NCBI GenBank assembly: GCA_043739185.1
Contig: JAYUEN010000387.1
Coordinates: forward strand, 1 to 64,000
Length of the DNA: 64,000 bases
Direction: 5' to 3'
From: Bdellovibrionales bacterium
GTDB taxonomy: Bacteria > Bdellovibrionota > Bdellovibrionia > Bdellovibrionales > JAMPXM01
Shown: positions 28,408 through 37,596 of the stretch, in pieces
Layout of the letters: each line of letters begins with the position of its first letter
Position numbering within the stretch: position 1 is the first letter of the stretch
Position numbers and translations under genes: made by a program
The notes under the pieces: model-generated
Databases searched by the model: none
The model's input: only the letters and a program-made list of their open reading frames with translations
Told to the model about the DNA's origin: nothing

Positions 28408-28944
28408 GCTTTGAAGTTGAAGCTCATGACAACCTTCGAGTCTTAGGCTGTCTAGGACACATAGTTCGTAATTTCCGATCTTAAGGGATTCCGCGACGCA
28501 AACTATGAAGTGAATTCCATCTTCTAATTTTAATTTTGAATTCGACTTCTCAAGTCTTTCTATGCGCATGCTCGCAATGACCCATTTGGGATTGAAGATG
28601 AGGCCAAGATCGACCGCAGCATCTCCTTGCAACTCACAATGTACTTCTTCAATTCCTTCAAACTCAAAGATCGTAAATGCCTTTAGTAAATGTGAACTCT
28701 TTTTTGAGCCTTGAATCTTCAATTCAAGTGCGCCGCCTGAAATGACACTTAGGAGTCTCGAGTGTTCTGGGAAGATTGAAAATGCACCGCTTTCAGTGAT
28801 GCGGGCGGAGCTTAGCCTCCATAAAAAATGAGAAGTCGTAAAGTCAGCTTCAGCGGGAAAGATCTCGATTTGAGATGTTGTTCCTTTGCCGTTTTTCCAG
28901 GGGCTTTGAAGGTATTGAGATTTTTTCATTAATTTCATAATCAC
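28348..28944 (-). CDS. HutD/Ves family protein
   Basis: PWKNGKGTT.QI, F.WRLS.A, FS.FP..R. Confidence 0.85.
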   Translation of the reverse strand: MIMKLMKKSQYLQSPWKNGKGTTSQIEIFPAEADFTTSHFLWRLSSARITESGAFSIFPEHSRLLSVISGGALELKIQGSKKSSHLLKAFTIFEFEGIEEVHCELQGDAAVDLGLIFNPKWVIASMRIERLEKSNSKLKLEDGIHFIVCVAESLKIGNYELCVLDSLRLEGCHELQLQSSNQNTRIAIVHIQNRTLSE

Positions 28945-29726
28945 GAATTCATTTCGACGGCTCTCATTGAAAGCGAACCCATTTGCATTTCTTCATAAAT
29001 AAATTTCGGCTGATCCGACTCATCACTTGCGCCTAATACATAAAGTAGGGGTAAATAATGCTCGAGCGTGGGTAAAGCCTGACGCCACAAGCTCTGATAC
29101 CTTGGCACTTCATTAAATAAGTGGCTCATGTTTTTATCGATAATTGCATTTTTGATGTGTTCATCAAACTCAAGTGCCCACGCAAAGGCTTTTGGATTTG
29201 GGCCCCAATCAATGGCGCGCAGATTATGAGTTATATTTCCACTTCCGATAATTAGGACCCCATCCTCGCGAATTGGCTTTAGATTTTTTGCCAATTCAAA
29301 ATGCTCTTTAAGAGAGAGGTTTTGGTCCATGCTTAGTTGTAAGACCGGAATTTGGGCCTTTGGATATAAATGAATTAGAATAGACCAACTACCATGATCT
29401 AAGCCCCACTCTGGTGTGCTTTCTGCTGAATTTGCTTTGAGTAGTTGCGTGATTTGATCTGCCAATTCTAAATCTCCCGGAGCGGGATACTGAACTTGAT
29501 AGAGTTCCTTTGGAAATCCCCCAAAATCATGAATGGTCTTGGGTGAACTGCTCTTTAAAACCTTAGTACCTGGGGTTTCCCAATGAGCTGATATACACAA
29601 AATGGCCTCTGGCTTTGCGAGGCGCTCACCAGTTCGATTTAAAAAACGGCTAAAGTCATTTTGCGCAAGCGCATTCATGGGGGAGCCGTGGCCGAAAAAT
29701 ATGCAAGGCATTTTAGCTGATTTCAT
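28941..29726 (-). CDS. ygiD: 4,5-DOPA extradiol dioxygenase (LigB family)
   Basis: GHGSPMNA, SAHW, DFGGFP, GLDHG.W, GSGNITHNL, PT.EHYLPL. Confidence 0.9.
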   Translation of the reverse strand: MKSAKMPCIFFGHGSPMNALAQNDFSRFLNRTGERLAKPEAILCISAHWETPGTKVLKSSSPKTIHDFGGFPKELYQVQYPAPGDLELADQITQLLKANSAESTPEWGLDHGSWSILIHLYPKAQIPVLQLSMDQNLSLKEHFELAKNLKPIREDGVLIIGSGNITHNLRAIDWGPNPKAFAWALEFDEHIKNAIIDKNMSHLFNEVPRYQSLWRQALPTLEHYLPLLYVLGASDESDQPKFIYEEMQMGSLSMRAVEMNS

Positions 29727-29801
29727 ATCTCCTCCGAATTTCAGAAGGAGATTAAATTATGAATTGCGTTTTGTCTTGGCCGAAAACATCATACTTTGAA
29801 A

Positions 29802-30419
29802 TTATTTTCCATCTACTTCGATTTGAGCTTTGATGTCATCGTCTGACATATGATCTTCACAATCGCTTGCCTCGTGTACGGCTTCAAAGCGTGAGCCTCT
29901 GAGTGAAGAGACTTTGTTGCTTGCAACCTTCATTAAAACCATTTTGCCTTTTTGCAAATGGGCGCCAATCATTTGGCAAGCTGTTTTTGACATACAGGCT
30001 GTCTTTGGATGGGAGTCGTCACTTGAAACACTTTGAATGACGGGTTTGACTGGAGAGCCTGAACCGTCTTCATCATCTTCTGAATTGCAAACTGAAGCGG
30101 ATACTGGTGGTTTATTGGCGCACATTTTATTACCAGATAAAGAAGAGCTGTTTGATAAAATATGCAGTTCATCCTGATCGTCGGATTCTTGCTCACCGAT
30201 GCAGGTTAAGACACAAATTCCTTGATCAGAAGGAGGCGCTACAATTGGCGTGCTCCCAGGTGAGCCAGGTGAAGTTCCTGTACCTGTAACTCCGCCTTGA
30301 ACAAGGGATTTACTGCTTATAGACGCAAAATTGACTTGTGAGCAGTTTTGGAACATTGAAAGCAGAGCAATGGCTGAGCCTGCCGCAACGAAGATACGAG
30401 TTAATCCTGTCAATTTCAT
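29802..30419 (-). CDS. Cys-rich exported lipoprotein-like protein with FQNC motif
   Basis: Hydrophobic leader ending FQNC, G/P/T linker, 8 Cys, acidic runs. Confidence 0.7.
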   Translation of the reverse strand: MKLTGLTRIFVAAGSAIALLSMFQNCSQVNFASISSKSLVQGGVTGTGTSPGSPGSTPIVAPPSDQGICVLTCIGEQESDDQDELHILSNSSSLSGNKMCANKPPVSASVCNSEDDEDGSGSPVKPVIQSVSSDDSHPKTACMSKTACQMIGAHLQKGKMVLMKVASNKVSSLRGSRFEAVHEASDCEDHMSDDDIKAQIEVDGK

Positions 30420-30452
30420 TCTGGACCCCCTTGAACTAGTAAGGATCTAAAA

Positions 30453-30469
30453 TGCAGGATTGAATCCAA
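30453..30469 (-). promoter_or_regulatory. Putative sigma54 promoter
   Basis: TTGGATTCAATCCTGCA = GG-N10-GC, 34 bp upstream of 30419. Confidence 0.4.
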
Positions 30470-30556
30470 GCCCTCTGCTATTTGGTGAAGTTGAACTTAG
30501 ATCAGTGCATAAAGATTTCGAATCTGAAAATACTTTCGACAATCCCTTGGGTTTTT

Positions 30557-30569
30557 TCTCAAAATGAGA
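30557..30569. promoter_or_regulatory. Palindrome TCTCA-AAA-TGAGA (candidate activator/NAP site)
   Basis: Identical 13-mer at 49545-49557; both lie upstream of minus-strand lipoprotein genes. Confidence 0.45.
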
Positions 30570-30575
30570 TTTATT

Positions 30576-31688
30576 CTAGTTTTTTAAATAAAGGACGGCA
30601 TTTTCTGCGGGAGACAATTCAGGGTCTGATATATGTTTAAAGGCCTCTTCGAGCTGTCCGCTTCTAAATGCACTAATAATTGCGGGATCAATATAAGAAT
30701 TAAGAGCAACTGACGGCGTATTGTGAAGGCGCTCAGAGGCCTTTACAGCTGCGAGCTTTATGGCCTCATCTTGATTAGGCTCCTCTTGTGGGCCAAGAGA
30801 ATGTAGCGTTTCAACGGCTTGAGTCGTTCCGACCCAAGTGCGAAAATCCTTGGCAGAGAATTGCGTTCCAATATGGTTTTTAATGTACTGATTAACCTCA
30901 GGTGCTTTTACGTCAAACAGCCTTTCATCCGATCCTTTGGTGCTAACTTGGCCCTTCAAAACGCGGGCAATTGCTTTGTCATCGACGATGATATCTTGGG
31001 GAATTCCCTCTTTGGCAATGAATTGAAAGCGCACTTTGGCTCCGCGAATTTGAACATGGTCCGCGCGCAAAGTTGTTAACCCAAAGGAAGGAAATTCGCC
31101 TTGGGCGTATTTTTCTCCGCCAATGCGAATTCCGCCAACTTCAAGCAATCGAACGACCGCTGCAATTTGTGAGTCCTGAAAACGCGCTGAACCTTGCAAA
31201 TCTCGAGAAACAGCAATTCGTAGTTTTGAAATAGCCTCTCCAAATTCCTTCATTCTCTCAAATTTAGCGGCGGCAAGTACCTTTTCATTCCAGTCCTCAT
31301 GGTATCGATATTGTGCGCGAGCACGGCTATCTAGGGCCCTTGCCTGAATATGGGCAAGCGGGTCTTGAGCAATCCAAACTTGCGAATATCCGGGTGGAAT
31401 TTTCAGTTCATTGATTCGTCTCAGGGTACTTGGATCTTGAACCACTTCACCTTGGTCAGTTTTATAAATAAAACTAACTTTATCTTCGGGCTTCGGCTGA
31501 GCAGCATTTTCGCGAATATAGCCTTTCCCGGGTGTCAACGAGTAGTGTAGACCTGAGGCCAAAGCCAATTGAACTGAGATCTCATGTTTGCTTAGGCTTT
31601 TAAATAGTGAAAGACAAGCGACGGGTGAGGCGAAACTCACCTGGCCAGAAAACACTAAGAGAAGGCTTAGAAATAAAAAACTTCGCAT
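30576..31688 (-). CDS. DNA topoisomerase IB with N-terminal signal peptide
   Basis: IPPGY..VWI, QYRYH..W, RIG...Y, SFGLTTL, F.AK, KDFRTW, LHNT....SYIDP (catalytic Tyr); MRSFLFLSLLLVFSGQVSFA leader then CLSLF. Confidence 0.88.
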   Translation of the reverse strand: MRSFLFLSLLLVFSGQVSFASPVACLSLFKSLSKHEISVQLALASGLHYSLTPGKGYIRENAAQPKPEDKVSFIYKTDQGEVVQDPSTLRRINELKIPPGYSQVWIAQDPLAHIQARALDSRARAQYRYHEDWNEKVLAAAKFERMKEFGEAISKLRIAVSRDLQGSARFQDSQIAAVVRLLEVGGIRIGGEKYAQGEFPSFGLTTLRADHVQIRGAKVRFQFIAKEGIPQDIIVDDKAIARVLKGQVSTKGSDERLFDVKAPEVNQYIKNHIGTQFSAKDFRTWVGTTQAVETLHSLGPQEEPNQDEAIKLAAVKASERLHNTPSVALNSYIDPAIISAFRSGQLEEAFKHISDPELSPAENAVLYLKN

Positions 31689-31887
31689 GATAAAGCCTGT
31701 TTGCGATCTCGATGCCAAAGGAGAGTTAAAATCGGAATCATTATAAAGCAGCGCAGGCCCCCTCGGCTTAAATTTAACTTTTTGTGTGACAAAATTCGTC
31801 GCTTGCAAAGATATTTTTTTCAATTTGGGTTTGCCTCTTCCCAGGTGCCTTTGGTCTTGATAATGATGAGAGTCAAAGAGGCAAACA

Positions 31888-33279
31888 TTGAATTCATCCC
31901 TATTTAGTTCCCTTCCTATATCTGAAAAAATTTTGAAAGTAGTAGAGGAATTGGGATTTAAAGCCATGACTCCAATTCAAGAGCAGGCTCTGCCAATTTT
32001 ACTCAGCGGACGCGATCTCATTGGTCAATCGAAAACAGGAAGTGGCAAGACCGCTGCTTTTGCGATACCGATTTTGCAAAAAATCGATCTTTCAAATCGC
32101 AGTCTTCAGGCAATTGTTATTTGTCCTACCAGAGAATTGAGTACGCAAGTGACGGGTGAATTTCGCAAGCTTGCCCGTAAGTTAGAGGGGCTTCAGGTTT
32201 TGAATTTATCGGGTGGACAGCCCGCAAGACCGCAAATCGATGCGCTTCGTTTGGGAATTCATATTGCGGTAGGAACTTCAGGTCGAATTCTCGATCTACT
32301 CGATCGTAGAGAGCTGGATTTTAGGAGCCTTAAAACATTGGTTTTAGATGAAGCGGATAAGCTTCTTGAATTGGGTTTTCAGGATGAAATCTCTGCAATT
32401 CTAGAGGCTCCAACGGCAAAGCGACAGACGCTTTTTATCTCAGCAACTTTTCCGGATGAGATAAAAAGCTTGAGCCTGCAATACCAAAAAAACCCTGTTC
32501 ATCTTCGCATTGAGGAGGCGCTTGAAGGCGCAAATCTGATTGAAGAAATTGCCTATGAAGTGGGTGAAGAAGAAAAGTCAGACTTGCTATTACGAGTCTT
32601 GCAGCAACATCCCGCAAAGTCCGTACTTATTTTTTGCAATCAAAAGACCACAGTCGATGAGTTGATTCATTTAATAGAAAAAGACGAAGTGAGTTGTGCG
32701 GCATTGCATGGCAATTTAGAACAACGCGATCGACAACTAGTGATGGCGATGTTTCGTAATGGCAGTTATCGAATTTTAGTGGCGACAGATGTTGCGGCTC
32801 GAGGAATTGACATTGATCACCTAGATTTGGTGATCAATTATGATTTTCCGATGAATGCAGAGGTTTATATACATCGAATTGGGCGAACCGGAAGGGCGGG
32901 TCGCGAGGGCGTTGCCGTCACCTTGGTAAAGCAGAATGAAGACTTGAAATTATTTGAAATTGAAAAATCTCGAGACAAACGACTCAGTCGTCCCAACTTG
33001 GGTTTCAAAAACCAACATGGCTTAAGTTCCTACTATCGCGAATCGTCAATGAAAACCCTTTGGATTTCGGGTGGTCGTAAAGACAAGCTAAGACCAGGAG
33101 ATATTTTAGGGGCCCTGACAAGAGAAGGTGCGGGTTTGAAATCTTCAGAAATTGGCAAGATTGATGTCTTTGATAATATGTCCCTCGTGGCAATTGCCAG
33201 TAAAGAAGCCGGCCGAGCATTTGAAGAATTGCGTGTAGGTAAAATTAAGGGCCGAAAATTTCAAGTGCGTTTGATATGA
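31888..33279 (+). CDS. dbpA: ATP-dependent RNA helicase DbpA
   Basis: Q motif, GSGKT, PTREL, DEAD, SAT, HRIGRTGR, C-terminal GGRKDKLRPGDILGAL domain. Confidence 0.93.
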   Translation: MNSSLFSSLPISEKILKVVEELGFKAMTPIQEQALPILLSGRDLIGQSKTGSGKTAAFAIPILQKIDLSNRSLQAIVICPTRELSTQVTGEFRKLARKLEGLQVLNLSGGQPARPQIDALRLGIHIAVGTSGRILDLLDRRELDFRSLKTLVLDEADKLLELGFQDEISAILEAPTAKRQTLFISATFPDEIKSLSLQYQKNPVHLRIEEALEGANLIEEIAYEVGEEEKSDLLLRVLQQHPAKSVLIFCNQKTTVDELIHLIEKDEVSCAALHGNLEQRDRQLVMAMFRNGSYRILVATDVAARGIDIDHLDLVINYDFPMNAEVYIHRIGRTGRAGREGVAVTLVKQNEDLKLFEIEKSRDKRLSRPNLGFKNQHGLSSYYRESSMKTLWISGGRKDKLRPGDILGALTREGAGLKSSEIGKIDVFDNMSLVAIASKEAGRAFEELRVGKIKGRKFQVRLI

Positions 33280-33791
33280 GAATTGCAGTGGTCGGAAACG
33301 CTGCTGGCGGAAAAACAAAATTAAGTCGAAAATTAGGTGAGCGTTATTCGATTGGTGTAACCCATATTGATTCTATTCAATTCTTGCCAGGAATGATCAT
33401 CCGTCCTCACGCAGAAACTATTAAAACACTTAGGACGGTTGCTCTTAAGCAGAGTTGGATCATTGATGGTTATGGCCCTCTAGATATTATCGAAGAAAGA
33501 TTTCTGATTGCGGACCATATCATATTTATTGATCTCCCGGTGTGGCGCCATTTACTTTGGGCAGTGAAGCGCCAATTCGAAAATATTTTCAAAAAAAGAG
33601 CCGAGCTTCCCGAGAATTGCAATGAACAAAAATTTTCTCATTTTAAAAAATTGTTGAAAAGCATTTGGGTTGCTCATCAAAAAATGCGACCTGAACTATT
33701 AAAGATCTTCAATCGAGAGCATCTGTTGCCAAAGCTGATCTGGGTTCGGAGCCTCAGTGATCTGAAAAAATTGTCCGAATCAGGAATCTAA
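33276..33791 (+). CDS. Adenylate-kinase-like P-loop protein (FlaR/topology modulation family)
   Basis: RIAVVGNAAGGKT, H.D, WIIDG. Confidence 0.75.
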   Translation: MRIAVVGNAAGGKTKLSRKLGERYSIGVTHIDSIQFLPGMIIRPHAETIKTLRTVALKQSWIIDGYGPLDIIEERFLIADHIIFIDLPVWRHLLWAVKRQFENIFKKRAELPENCNEQKFSHFKKLLKSIWVAHQKMRPELLKIFNREHLLPKLIWVRSLSDLKKLSESGI

Positions 33792-34517
33792 TTCTAGCTC
33801 TAACTGACGCTTTACCAAGCGCCTTAATTCTCTCTTTTGGGCCTCTGAAGTATTCAAAAACTTGAGTCCGACGCCGGGTGGATAATCGCCAAATTGTTTT
33901 TGACTGACCCGGATGACTTGGGCCTGGCAGCGAAGCGTCTGCAATTGATCAAGTTTCAAATTGATTTCGAGTCTATCTAGTTCTTCAAACTCATCCATAA
34001 TCTGATTGAGCGAATTGAATGTTAAGAAAACACCGGTATCAGATAGGTCAAAGGTAATGGCTCTTAGATGCTGATTTTTCGTTTCAATTTGTGCGGGAAT
34101 CAAAAGCTCCGCTCTCGGGGATCGAGTCCACCAATGAAGCTTCGAGTTCTCTATTAGTTTCATTTGGCTTGGATGCAGAATCGGCACAAATATCGAAACC
34201 AGCGCCACACTGGCAATTGTGGTTTCAAAAAATGAATAGTCAAGTGAGTCGAGGCCGACGAGCAGATTATTGAAAATACCCAACAAAGCAAAAGCCGGAA
34301 TTGAGATTTTGAGTTGAGGATGAACTATAAAAGTTTGAATCGAAACGATGATTCCGGCTCCCATAAAGAGCAGATTATTCCAGGGCAATTGCTCGAAGGC
34401 TAAATTCATATCTCTTAGCGGATGTTCATAAAGCCACATCACTTGCGCCGGAATGCCAAGAATCAAGAGTAAAATAAGTGCACTCAATAAGTTAAAATAG
34501 ATTGGCTTTTTATTCAT
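33780..34517 (-). CDS. Membrane protein with C-terminal PilZ domain
   Basis: 4 TM, WW.RSPR, DLSDTG, GVGLKF; ATG 34517 after GAGGAG. Confidence 0.78.
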   Translation of the reverse strand: MNKKPIYFNLLSALILLLILGIPAQVMWLYEHPLRDMNLAFEQLPWNNLLFMGAGIIVSIQTFIVHPQLKISIPAFALLGIFNNLLVGLDSLDYSFFETTIASVALVSIFVPILHPSQMKLIENSKLHWWTRSPRAELLIPAQIETKNQHLRAITFDLSDTGVFLTFNSLNQIMDEFEELDRLEINLKLDQLQTLRCQAQVIRVSQKQFGDYPPGVGLKFLNTSEAQKRELRRLVKRQLELELDS

Positions 34518-35601
34518 GAATCTCCTCACTGAAGCGATCACAAAAACTCATCACGCGATTGACATATTTTCTGGCGGCGTCTAATCCGGCGCCACGCTTG
34601 AGCCAATCATGATGATTCTGTTCAATTGCTTGAGAGACTCTGTAGGGACCCGAATTGTAACTTGCAAGCACGACGCGGCTGGTGTCTTGTTCTAAATTCG
34701 AAAAGTGAGCTTGTAAGAGTCCCGCCTTATCTGACCGACTCCAGTAAGACTCAAGCTGTCGAATATAAGTTGAGCCGCCATTAATAGAATACTCGGGATT
34801 GAGTCGCCATTCGTTAGTAGAGTTGAGTTGACCTTGTTGAAGCATGAATTTTATATATCCAAGTGGTAATTCATTTAAACCGGGATAGCGCGGCCAATTG
34901 CTATGAACTTTTAGTATTTCTTGCTCTCCGATGGGCGTGATTTGGGTGAGTCCCATAGCTCGCGAATAACTGAAGGCATTGTTTTGAAAGCCGGACTCTT
35001 GAGCAATAAGCCCCGCCAGCAAAAAGGGATTGATTTCGTTTGCTTCGGCGAAGGCATTTATAAATTTCAATGTATTGGGCTCGACATCAAAATCCTCTAT
35101 GAATGTTAAAGCTTTATTTGCCTTCAAATTACATTTTGGTTTTTGATACTCGGCCGCAATCATGGGAGTGCTGTTGTTTCTTTGATAAGAAACAACAATT
35201 TCTCCATCGAGGTCCGAACGCAGTCGTACCACTGGCATTTTCAATTTGAGCCAGCGATTTTGTCTCGGCTCCCATTCAATAATAGAGTGCTGAATGAAAT
35301 GGCGAGTGACATCCCGTCGATCAAAATAAATCTTCAGTTGATAATCTTCTGGGATACCTTCGTCATCTGAAATGGTAATTTCAAGCGAAGATTTCTTATG
35401 CAAGATTTGCCGGTTCGGAAAAAAACTAATTTGCCGATTGATTGCAAGATGCTCATTGCTTCCGATCAATGCGCGAATAGAGACATTGAGCTTGTTTGCA
35501 AAAAGGGTGGCGGGCCCCAGAGGTGAGGTGGGTCCTGCGCAGCCTATGATCCCCGGAAATAGCATCCAAGCCATTGGGAAGAATTTCGGAAGATAGCTCA
35601 T
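34510..35601 (-). CDS. Lytic transglycosylase (SLT family), probable lipoprotein
   Basis: AQESGF, AMGLTQI, ASYNSGP, YV.RV; IIGC lipobox; start uncertain (35601-35679). Confidence 0.82.
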   Translation of the reverse strand: MSYLPKFFPMAWMLFPGIIGCAGPTSPLGPATLFANKLNVSIRALIGSNEHLAINRQISFFPNRQILHKKSSLEITISDDEGIPEDYQLKIYFDRRDVTRHFIQHSIIEWEPRQNRWLKLKMPVVRLRSDLDGEIVVSYQRNNSTPMIAAEYQKPKCNLKANKALTFIEDFDVEPNTLKFINAFAEANEINPFLLAGLIAQESGFQNNAFSYSRAMGLTQITPIGEQEILKVHSNWPRYPGLNELPLGYIKFMLQQGQLNSTNEWRLNPEYSINGGSTYIRQLESYWSRSDKAGLLQAHFSNLEQDTSRVVLASYNSGPYRVSQAIEQNHHDWLKRGAGLDAARKYVNRVMSFCDRFSEEIHE

Positions 35602-35757
35602 CTGTACATTTTGCTGCATATCTTTGGAGATTGATAATGAATCCCTTTTTGAAGCGCAAATTTTGTGGGGGTGTTTCAATCTAGAAAAATGTTTGAAAAA
35701 GTGCTTAATCTTTTTTCATGCGAGATTCATTGGGTTGGGATGCTCTTGGGAGTGGTA

Positions 35758-35798
35758 CAGTTTTAACGGCAGCCGCCGCGGTAAGTTTTGCAGCTTCG
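35758..35798 (+). repeat. Dispersed intergenic element, copy 3 (core only), fused to the left inverted-repeat arm
   Basis: CAGTTTTAACGGCAGCCGCCGCGGTAAGTTTTGCAGCTTCG matches the core of the other copies. Confidence 0.75.
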
Positions 35799-35829
35799 GC
35801 AGAGCGCCTACGAGACTGCATTTTGGCAA
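35799..35829. repeat. 31-bp perfect inverted repeat, left arm
   Basis: GCAGAGCGCCTACGAGACTGCATTTTGGCAA is the exact reverse complement of 36135-36165. Confidence 0.97.
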
Positions 35830-35835
35830 AAGCAC

Positions 35836-35851
35836 AGGCACAGGCTTTGCT
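35836..35851 (+). promoter_or_regulatory. Putative sigma54 promoter of the C1B peptidase
   Basis: AGGCACAGGCTTTGCT = GGCAC-N5-TTGC; TGTAAC-TTC-GTTACA palindrome downstream at 35881-35895. Confidence 0.65.
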
Positions 35852-35971
35852 CAGGTAGCTCTCGACCCATAAAAAAACTGTGTAACTTCGTTACAGATCT
35901 TGAATTAAGTGACAATTCTTGACATCGAAGCTGCGCAATTTGGGTCTAAAATCAATTGGAGGACTTTCCGT

Positions 35972-37534
35972 ATGGTGTTTTCGCAGCAACAATTAAGACT
36001 AGTTCAATTCACGTTTGCAATTGTTCTCTCCTCTAGCTTGGGTGTGAGCATGGCCTTCGCTGGCGGCGACCAATGCGAAAGCATCTTTGTTTCTACAAAG
36101 AGCAAAAGACAAATTGGCGTGAGCGAAGATTTTGTTGCCAAAATGCAGTCTCGTAGGCGCTCTGCTGCAGACAAAATGTTACAAAAATTTACCACGGAGA
36201 AGGGTCTTGCAGCACCCATGAACACGAGCCCCAAACATGACAATAACTATAGTTTCGAACTCCCGGAAGGTACTATAAAGGATCAGCAAAGGTCAGGCCG
36301 TTGTTGGATATTTGCTTCTCTCACGGCCATTGAAAATTTTTATTTAGGCAAAGGCAATTTAATGCCAGACGCCGAGTTTTCAAGAACCTATCTGCAATTT
36401 TTTAATATGCTCGAGCGTTCAAGCTCGCATTTAGAAAAGGTAATTGATTTAAGAAGAAACTCACAGCGCATTAGCAGCTCTACAATCTTACAAAGGATTG
36501 CACCTAAGATCGCGGACGGTGGCTATGTTGAAGATATTATCTTTTTAATTAAGAAATACGGCTTGGTCACCACAAGTGCAATGCCCGAAACTCTTAATTC
36601 ATTGAACACCGACCTATTGTTGGCTGAATTGAATTCTTATTTACAAGTTAAAAGTTATGAGATGTGGAATTTGTCTGAAAACTTCGACTCAGAGGCGCGT
36701 GCACTTCATGATCGTATCGTGAGGGGTCAGGCTGAAAACACCACAAAATATGATAAGGTGAGTTTGCAGGCCCTAAGCGAAGCTCAATTGCAAATATTAG
36801 AAGCGAAAAAGGAAGAGATATTAGGCGGAGTCTGGTTGATTCTTGAAAAAGCTCTGGGAACACCGCCGAAAACATTCACCGCTAAAGTACCAGTGACCAA
36901 TCCCAAGACGGGCGTTGCTCAAACTAAAATTCGCAAATTTGAGCCGCAAAAATTTGTGACCGACTATATGAAATTTAATCCTGAGGATTGGATCAATGTT
37001 TCTAATTTGAGAAATCGTCCTCGTGATCAAGTTTATCAAGTTAAATACCAAGACATGAACCGTGTGATACGAAGACTCAATTTAGATCCGGTACGAATGA
37101 TGAATTTGGTGAAAGCACAATTAAAAGCGGGTATGCCAGTACCGTTCGATTCGAACTTTGGCCCAGGAGTCAATCGCAAGACAGGTGATATGGAGCCTGG
37201 AACCGATGACTTAAAGGGAATGTTTCCTTATAAACAAGGCCAAGCGCCTAGGCGCTTGAGTAAATCAGAATTGGATATTTTAGGAATTTTAACCGCTGAT
37301 CACGAAACGGTTTTCATGGGATATGATCAACCAGAAGGATATGCGAATCCAATAAAGTTCAAGGTTGAAAATTCATGGAGTGATCAATATGGCAACGGCG
37401 GGAACTTCAACCTATCGGCGCAATGGTTTGATTTGTATGTAGACGGGATTATGATTCATAAATCAATGCTATCTCCAGAGGAGCTTGCGATTTTCAATGG
37501 CAAGCCTATCATTTTAAAAGCAACTAATGAGTGA
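35972..37534 (+). CDS. C1B family cysteine aminopeptidase (PepC/bleomycin hydrolase-like), exported
   Basis: Q..SGRCWIFA, DGG, KYGLV...MPE, DHE, KVENSW; signal peptide ending AFA then CESIF; RBS GGAGG. Confidence 0.88.
   Translation: MVFSQQQLRLVQFTFAIVLSSSLGVSMAFAGGDQCESIFVSTKSKRQIGVSEDFVAKMQSRRRSAADKMLQKFTTEKGLAAPMNTSPKHDNNYSFELPEGTIKDQQRSGRCWIFASLTAIENFYLGKGNLMPDAEFSRTYLQFFNMLERSSSHLEKVIDLRRNSQRISSSTILQRIAPKIADGGYVEDIIFLIKKYGLVTTSAMPETLNSLNTDLLLAELNSYLQVKSYEMWNLSENFDSEARALHDRIVRGQAENTTKYDKVSLQALSEAQLQILEAKKEEILGGVWLILEKALGTPPKTFTAKVPVTNPKTGVAQTKIRKFEPQKFVTDYMKFNPEDWINVSNLRNRPRDQVYQVKYQDMNRVIRRLNLDPVRMMNLVKAQLKAGMPVPFDSNFGPGVNRKTGDMEPGTDDLKGMFPYKQGQAPRRLSKSELDILGILTADHETVFMGYDQPEGYANPIKFKVENSWSDQYGNGGNFNLSAQWFDLYVDGIMIHKSMLSPEELAIFNGKPIILKATNE
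36135..36165. repeat. 31-bp perfect inverted repeat, right arm (inside the peptidase CDS)
   Basis: TTGCCAAAATGCAGTCTCGTAGGCGCTCTGC, encoding (V)AKMQSRRRS(A). Confidence 0.97.
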
Positions 37535-37553
37535 TATTTTTGAAGTTAAATGT

Positions 37554-37581
37554 CTGGCAGGACTTCTAAATGTCTTGCCAG
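37554..37581. terminator. Hairpin between convergent genes (likely bidirectional terminator)
   Basis: CTGGCAGGAC / GTCTTGCCAG stem. Confidence 0.55.
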
Positions 37582-37596
37582 CTTTTGACCTCGAAT

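Noticed and set aside
31689..31967. 93-aa N-terminal extension of the TopoIB ORF in the ORF track
   Set aside because: Overlaps the start of dbpA on the opposite strand; ATG 31688 gives a clean signal peptide.
35705..35829. Inversion creating an in-frame fusion of the peptidase leader to the SLT
   Set aside because: Manual translation of the inverted state reaches TAA at 35707-35705, out of frame with the SLT ORF.
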